Shown piece by piece: positions 57,090-64,000 of a DNA stretch of 64,000 nt. Below the pieces are notes generated by a model that made no database searches, had not been told where the DNA came from, and saw nothing but the letters and a program-made list of their open reading frames with translations. Where the stretch lies: contig OX597824.1 of the NCBI GenBank assembly GCA_951406725.2, forward strand, positions 28,892,001 through 28,956,000, written 5' to 3'. The translations under genes and the position numbers were made by a program. The stretch comes from Octopus vulgaris. Its lineage: Eukaryota. The number at the start of each line of letters is the position of its first letter. Within the stretch, counting starts at the first letter, position 1.

Positions 57090-57575
57090 ATTTCATCTAC
57101 AACGGAAGTGTAGAAGGTAAATTTATTCTCAACGTTATTTGAACTAAGAGTGCAAAGCGTTAAAATCAAGCAATATTTTGTACTATATACTAGCCACTCT
57201 TCCAATTCACTACCAAGAGTATCGATCCCTTATTGGCTCAGAGTGATAAAGTGAATTAACTTAAAATGTTGTTCTTGGATCGATAGATGAAAATAATTCC
57301 TCGTTTTTTTTTTTCGTTTTCTTTTTTTTTTTTTAGTTTAAAGGTTTGAAATATCTTCACACTCGTTCCTTCGTAATTTTAGTTCGTATCAGAGATCCGT
57401 AGGTCACGGGCATCTGTCTGCAGTGATTTTATTTTAATTTATTTACAAGTCATGTAAATGTATAGGTAAATGTGGGTGAGGTTCTTAAGTGTGCTTGTGT
57501 ATGTGCATATATATATATATGTATATATATATTGAGAGAGAGAAAGAAAGAGAGATGAATATATATATCTGTATG

Positions 57576-57617
<42 letters not shown>

Positions 57618-57618
57618 C

Positions 57619-57690
<72 letters not shown>

Positions 57691-57716
57691 TTACATACAT
57701 ACATACATACATATAC

Positions 57717-58256
<540 letters not shown>

Positions 58257-58828
58257 ACGTGTGCACATATGCACAGAAACACACGTACATATATATATAC
58301 ATACACATATATTTATATACATGCACATACATGTGTGTGTGGTGCGCATGCGAGTGTGAGCATCTGCTTCAGTGACAGTATATGCGCTCATATGCGCGAG
58401 TCTGTCTTGCTGGTTTGTCTGTTTATGAAGTTAGATGTGAATGTGTATGTTTAGGAAAATGCTTGGTTTGTGTAGTGTGATAGAAACCAAACGAATGAAA
58501 ATAAAAATATTCGAAAAGAAGAAGCAAAATTTCAACAAACACTAAGTTACTTGATCGATAAACCGAACGAAAATAAGATGTGGAAAAAAAAAACAACATT
58601 TAATCAACAAAAATGAGTCAATTTGTAAGTAGACAGGAGAATATCATTGATAAATATTTTGTTTTTCTATTCGGTTTGCAAGACATAATGCAAACTAGAA
58701 TGTTGGAATAAAATTCGTTGTATCTCGGGAGGGTCATTATCCCACAAACAAATACATGCACTGGTTCTATTTCACTTCTCTATTATTCAACTCAGTTCAT
58801 AGTGTTTGTCAAATATATATACATATGC

Positions 58829-58943
<115 letters not shown>

Positions 58944-59055
58944 TATAGTTAAATAAGATTCGGATAAAAAAACCTTGTAAAACGCTATGCAAAGCTTGTC
59001 GACCATGAAAAAAAATTTGTAATTTATAATGTACGTGAGTTTCGTTCTTTGCCAC

Positions 59056-59310
59056 ATTCTTTATTTCTTTACTACCTACAAGGAGTTAAACACAGAGGGG
59101 ACAAACAAGGACAGACAAACGGATTAAGTCGATTATATCGAACCCAGTGCATAAGTGGTACTTCTTTAATCGACCCCGAAAAGATAAAAGGCAAAGTCGA
59201 CCTCGGCGGAATTTGAACTCAGAACGTAGCGGCAGACGAAATACCTATTTCTTTACTACCCACAAGGGGCTAAACACAGAGAGGACAAACAAGGACAGAC
59301 AAACGGATTA
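59056..59310 (-). mobile_element. SINE family B with duplicated tail
   Basis: The tail occurs twice (~59058-59125 and ~59246-59310), flanking the body. Confidence 0.8.
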
Positions 59311-59442
59311 TGTATGTATGTATGTATATATGTACGTATGTATGTATGTATGTATGCATGTGTGTATGTATGTATGTATGTATGTATGTATGTATGTATG
59401 TATGTATGTATGTATGTATGTATGTATGCATGCATGTATGTG

Positions 59443-59762
59443 AAGGTGCGTGGCTTAGGGGTTAGGGTATTCGGCTCACGGTTGTAAAGTCGGGAGTTCA
59501 GTTCCCGGCAACGCGCCGTGTCTTGATCAGGACACTTTATTTGATGGTGCTCCAGTCCACTCAGCTGGCAAAAATGAGTAGTGCCTGTGTTTCAAAAGAC
59601 CAGCCTTGTCACACTCCTGTGTCACGTTGAATCTCTTTGAGAACCACGTTAAGCGTACACGTGTCTGTGAAGTGCTCAGCCACTTGCACGTTAATTTTAT
59701 GAGCAGGCTGTTCCGCTGATTAGATCAACTGGAACACTCGTCGTCGTAAGCGACGGAGACCA
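59443..59762 (+). mobile_element. tRNA-SINE with CORE-like domain and family C tail
   Basis: TGGCTTAGGGGTTAGG...GAGTTCAGTTCC head; CTTGATCAGGACACTTTATTT...GCTCCAGTCCACTCAGCTG (CORE-like); 3' half homologous to 56905-57080. Confidence 0.75.
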
Positions 59763-59783
59763 GCATATATTTATATATATATA

Positions 59784-60356
59784 CAAGCAAAACCCCCCCC
59801 CCGCCGTCTAATGGACGGTGCTGAGTTGTCAAACCTTTGAACCAAATTTTCTCAAAGCAACTTGTCCGACCGTCCCATAAGCCTCCCCTTTGAGAAAACA
59901 CTAATTTAACCTAAATTTGAGACACTAGCAAAAGAAGCAAGAAAGATAGCCTTTTTTTCTATCCCTAAGAAAAACGATTTTATTCACACAAATATGCAAC
60001 CGAAGAGTTTAAAGTACCAGTAATGATAAGGCTGTTGACTGGGAGAACACAAACATGGTTTAAACAGTAAGCTTGGCAGGAAAGAAACGTGCCTTTAAGC
60101 AGTACAAAAACAACGTGCATTTTTCTCGCGTACGCGTAGTTTCGATCGCAACAGCTGATGTACTTGCGCGTACAAATTCATGTTCCCACGGCTTTATCGA
60201 TCGCATTCTTACCTGGAATCGATTTTCGTAATTTTTTCAAGACTAATACACGCCCTGATATCGTCGGTATCTACATATGAAATTTGAGAGCAATCGGAAG
60301 GAGGATGCCCGAGAAGACACACAGAGAGACAGAAAGAACGGATTTTATATATATAT
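59784..60356 (-). mobile_element. Probable non-autonomous Helitron-like element
   Basis: Minus strand starts TATATAAAATCCG..CTGTCTCTCTGTGTGTC like the other Helitron starts. It ends with hairpin CCGTC-CATTA-GACGG then CTTG|T, a non-canonical 3' end. Confidence 0.45.
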
Positions 60357-60650
60357 CACCGTGATTACCGTGACCGACCAGATTATCAGATGTTACTACA
60401 CATCACTGGTCACAATGCGCTTCGCATTGTTTTAGCCACCCCGATGGCTAAGCGAGCAGGCCAATAGAAGAAAGAGTGAGAGAAAGCTGTGGCGAAAGAG
60501 TACTGCAGGGATCACCACCACCCACTGCCGGAGCCTCGTGAAGCTTTAGGTGTTTTCGCTCATTAAACACTCACAGCGCCCGGTCTGGGAATCGAAACCG
60601 CGATCCTACAACCGCGAGTCCGCTGCCCTAACCACTGGACCATTGCGCCT

Positions 60651-60652
<2 letters not shown>
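60357..60652 (-). mobile_element. SINE family C, tail variant 3
   Basis: Head is the reverse complement of 56702-56890; tail differs. Confidence 0.8.
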
Positions 60653-60740
<88 letters not shown>

Positions 60741-60741
<1 letters not shown>

Positions 60742-61112
60742 ACAATTTCTATAAGTGCTCCGTAACCACAGATAATAATAAGTTCTCTTATGTTGGATGC
60801 ACTGTAAATTTTAAACAGAGATTGAATAATCATCTCTCATCTTTTAAATTACGTCATAAGGCTGATAGCACTACTCTTTCTAGTAAAATTTGGGAACTAA
60901 AAAACAATAATATCAAATATAACCTAAATTGGGAATTAGTCAGAAGAGCAAAACCCTATAATAATAGCAGAGTAGGCTGCCAACTTTGCTCCATGGAAGC
61001 ATTTGAAATACTAATGTATAAAAATAATGGAGAAATTCAATTAAACAGCAGAATTGAACTTGGAAATTCTTGTATACATGCTCGGTTTAAGACTCTTAAA
61101 TATTTTAAATGA
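60741..61112 (+). pseudogene. GIY-YIG endonuclease domain of a 5'-truncated Penelope-like retroelement
   Basis: The frame stays open upstream of the track ORF: NFYKCSVTTDNNKFSYVGCTVNFKQRLNNHLSSFK...TTLSSKIWELK...NWELVRRAKPYNN...CQLCSMEAFEIL...QLNSRIELGNSCIH. The Y...YxG...R...H...E...N motif order is that of GIY-YIG. RT is missing. Confidence 0.85.
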
Positions 61113-62394
61113 TATTTTAAATCATATCTCAATTGATAACTGTATACTGGAATCATTTTACATAAAATTCAATTTTGACTTACATATCACTCCTACATAG
61201 TATATATTTAACTAAAAAGATAAGTTCTAACTAGCTATGATTATAACTTTTCTCTCTCTGATGGTACTATTTGATACTTATTGACTTAAATTATTTATTT
61301 GATTTATTTCTATTGGACCATATTATTAATAAACTAATTTTATCTCCATTTCTTAGTCTATTTTTTATCCCATTACAAATTTTAGTTAGTTAATTCTCTT
61401 AATTTCTTTTTAAACTTTTAAAATTAATTTCTGCTAATACCAGACCTATCATAGTGTATTGTGATGTGATATATATTATCAAAATAATATAATATAATAT
61501 AGTGTAGTGTATTATAGTTTAGTATAATAATAATATAATTGTTTAATTTCATTTAATATTTTCATTTAATAACATTATGTATGTTTTATAGTTTAGTATA
61601 ATAATAATATAATAGTTTAATTTCATTTAAAAACAACCCCATTTTTCTTTCCTTCCTAATGACCTCTTTGTAACCTGACAATCTATTAATAGTAACATTT
61701 ATGAATGAAGAAATAAATTGTTTACCTCAGTTCGAATTTGTTCCAAACAAACTTAGACTTTTTTGTTAGTATCAAATTGTGCCCATCCCCTTAGCTTCCC
61801 TTTCCTTTCTCTTTGACAGCTTAAATAGCAGTAACTGATTAAATTCCTACCCCCTTCCTCCTCTTTCTGTGATTCTTGAATATTTCATTAACTACCTGAA
61901 CCACTACAATATAAGGCTGTCATTTTTGCTTCTCATTCGGACTCCCTGATATTTTCGCATGATTGTACCTTAAATCCCTCCACAAAACTGGATTACGAAC
62001 TATAAGGACATACACAAATTTTGTAAGTTCAAGACTTTTTCATCAGATCTCCAAAAAAATCGAACTTATCTGCGATTCTTGTTAATTTCAATAACAATCT
62101 GTTCTTCTACACGACATGACAGTCACTATGTTTTTACTCAGACTTTCCTCTACTTGGTGTGGCAGTCACTTTGCCTCTTACTCGGATTTTCAGAAATTTT
62201 GCATGACTGTATCCGAAAATTTCTTCATACAACTTGATCAAATATCCAATATGAGCTATATGTAGACATGCATAAATTCTATAGGTTTAAAACCTTTCAT
62301 CAGATCTCCATGAATCGAACTTTCTTCAATGCAGTTAATCCTACAACCTCTTTTATATCTACCCCTTTTGATGATTGGGAATTCTCTGATATTT

Positions 62395-62482
62395 TTTCGG
62401 CTGACGAGTACGAGCCATCTGTATTCACTGCATTTTTTGTAGCTTATTAAAGATGTCCTCGTACGAAACGATCGTACCGAGA
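62395..62482 (+). ncRNA. Type I hammerhead ribozyme with canonical core
   Basis: TTTCGG-CTGACGA-GTACGAG...CTCGTAC-GAAA-CGATCG-TA-CCGAGA. Stem I 6 bp, stem II 7 bp extended by CATCT/AGATG, palindromic stem III ACGATCGT, cleavage triplet GUA (after 62476). Confidence 0.9.
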
Positions 62483-62627
62483 TTTTAATCCATTCTTGTT
62501 GCTTTTTTCCTATTTATAATCACCCCACTTGTCGTATGGCTAACACCATATAGATATCCGGTGCATCCTAGTTAAGGACCATATTCATGTGAATTCTTTA
62601 GAATTCACTAGAATCTCAATTACTTAA

Positions 62628-62678
<51 letters not shown>

Positions 62679-62701
62679 CATATACATACACACACACACA
62701 C

Positions 62702-62737
<36 letters not shown>

Positions 62738-63222
62738 GTGTGTGTGTGTATTTTACTGTGTATGTACATGACCAGTAATATGTTAGAGATCATCGATTGA
62801 TATACTTTACAATGGCGGAAAATGCGTTTGAAATTGAAGTATAAAGGAGAAAAAAACAAAGGAAAAATACATAAATTTTCAATTAATTTCAGATGTTGAT
62901 TTCTTTCACTTGGAGAGTATTTATCATCATCGATATGAACTGTTGGTGCAGATTATTTTAATATCATCTTATTTAATTCTTTAATTCCATGTATGTGTGT
63001 GGATATGTGTGTATGTGAATGTGTGTGTTTGTGTATGTTTATAAACATTTGAATGTATATTTGGGATGATAGCTCGATAGTTTGAACTACTGAACAAGTT
63101 TTAGTTTGTTTTTCTGCTCTCGATGTTTTGATAGGTATATGTATTAACAAAATAATAAACAGCAACAAGTACTGACACATTAAGTCACACTGATACATAC
63201 ATACACATATACATACATACAA

Positions 63223-63296
<74 letters not shown>

Positions 63297-63298
<2 letters not shown>

Positions 63299-63490
63299 TT
63301 CTGCACGCATTTTTTTCTCTCCTTGTTTCTCTCCGTGTTTCTTTTCTGTGTATCTTTCTGTTGAAGAGCGTAGGCTCGAAACGTAAAAGACTTGTTTTAT
63401 TTATATTCCTGAGCGCCATACTAATACAATTGTTTGTTTGCACTCCACCCGCCTTCGTCTTTTGTTTATTTTCATAAAGCTTCCCGTTAT
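63297..63490 (+). mobile_element. Short Penelope-type terminal-repeat fragment inside (TA)n
   Basis: Carries a minimal hammerhead-like motif; a relative lies at 37365-37535. Confidence 0.5.
63353..63390 (+). ncRNA. Minimal hammerhead-like motif with variant core
   Basis: TCTTT-CTGTTGA-A-GAGC-GTAG-GCTC-GAAA-CG-TA-AAAGA. A6 is replaced by U and there is one extra A. Confidence 0.55.
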
Positions 63491-63526
63491 ATATATACAC
63501 ACACACACACATATATATATATACAC

Positions 63527-63557
<31 letters not shown>

Positions 63558-63577
63558 TGCATGTATGTATGTATATA

Positions 63578-63848
63578 TAGGGTTATTCAAAAAGTATGAA
63601 ACGATTTCATTACGCAATATTTTAAGAAGGAAAAGCAATAGAAAACTCCAGCTAAATCGTAAGTATTTACTCACAATCAAATTTTATTTCTTGTCTTACA
63701 AGTGTTCAATATGGCCACCGCCTGCAGCACGGGCAACATCAACGCGATAAGAGAATTCCTCCCAGACACGTATCAGCATATCACGATCCACTGAGTTGAC
63801 CGCTGTTATCATTCGATGTTTAAATTCATCGAGGTTAGTAAGTAGCGG
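63578..63848 (-). mobile_element. Tc1/mariner transposon 3' end (transposase C-terminus and probable TIR)
   Basis: 63848-63696 translates PLLTNLDEFKHRMITAVNSVDRDMLIRVWEEFSYRVDVARAAGGGHIEHL*, a typical C-terminus. TA|TAGGGTTATTCAAAA end at 63578. Confidence 0.8.
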
Positions 63849-64000
63849 TTTATGTTCCACCGCCACCCATTAACCTTTCACAATGCGATCGGAAAATCAA
63901 AAAAGAAAAGCTATACAAATGGGTACCACATGATTTGAATGAAAATCAGAAAATGCGGAGATATGAAACTTGCTTGCCGCTTCTTCTCCGTAACCAGACC

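Larger units (their letters stand above)
60741..62630 (+). mobile_element. Penelope-like element, 3' portion
   Basis: GIY-YIG ORF end, ~1.5-kb AT-rich UTR and a hammerhead; bounded by (TA)n on both sides. Confidence 0.75.

Overview
Repeat-saturated, AT-rich animal DNA. The SINE families and dense (TA)n/(CA)n/(CATA)n microsatellites resemble coleoid cephalopod (Octopus-like) genomes; this is an inference. I cannot support any intact host gene, and almost all ORFs in the track are microsatellite translations. The first ~29 kb is a near-identical ~13-14 kb direct duplication split by a 100-N gap, probably two uncollapsed haplotypes, which exposes filled and empty insertion sites. Main signals: (1) type I hammerhead ribozymes in three unrelated element families, namely a 499-bp non-coding, terminally redundant unit with an inverted arm (retrozyme/Penelope-like; 11176-11667 and 23937-24819), a canonical hammerhead in the 3' region of a GIY-YIG Penelope-like element (60741-62630), and a minimal degenerate one at 63353; (2) a TSD-bounded 2.1-kb ORF1-only retroelement with no reverse transcriptase (45468-47579) whose 3' end matches the tail of a local SINE family; (3) an (ATT)n-embedded 550-bp element present in only one duplicate; (4) non-autonomous Helitrons, a tandem array of piggyBac-type MITEs, a Tigger-like MITE, RTE-derived short elements, mariner fragments and modular tRNA-SINEs. 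All coordinates were read by eye.
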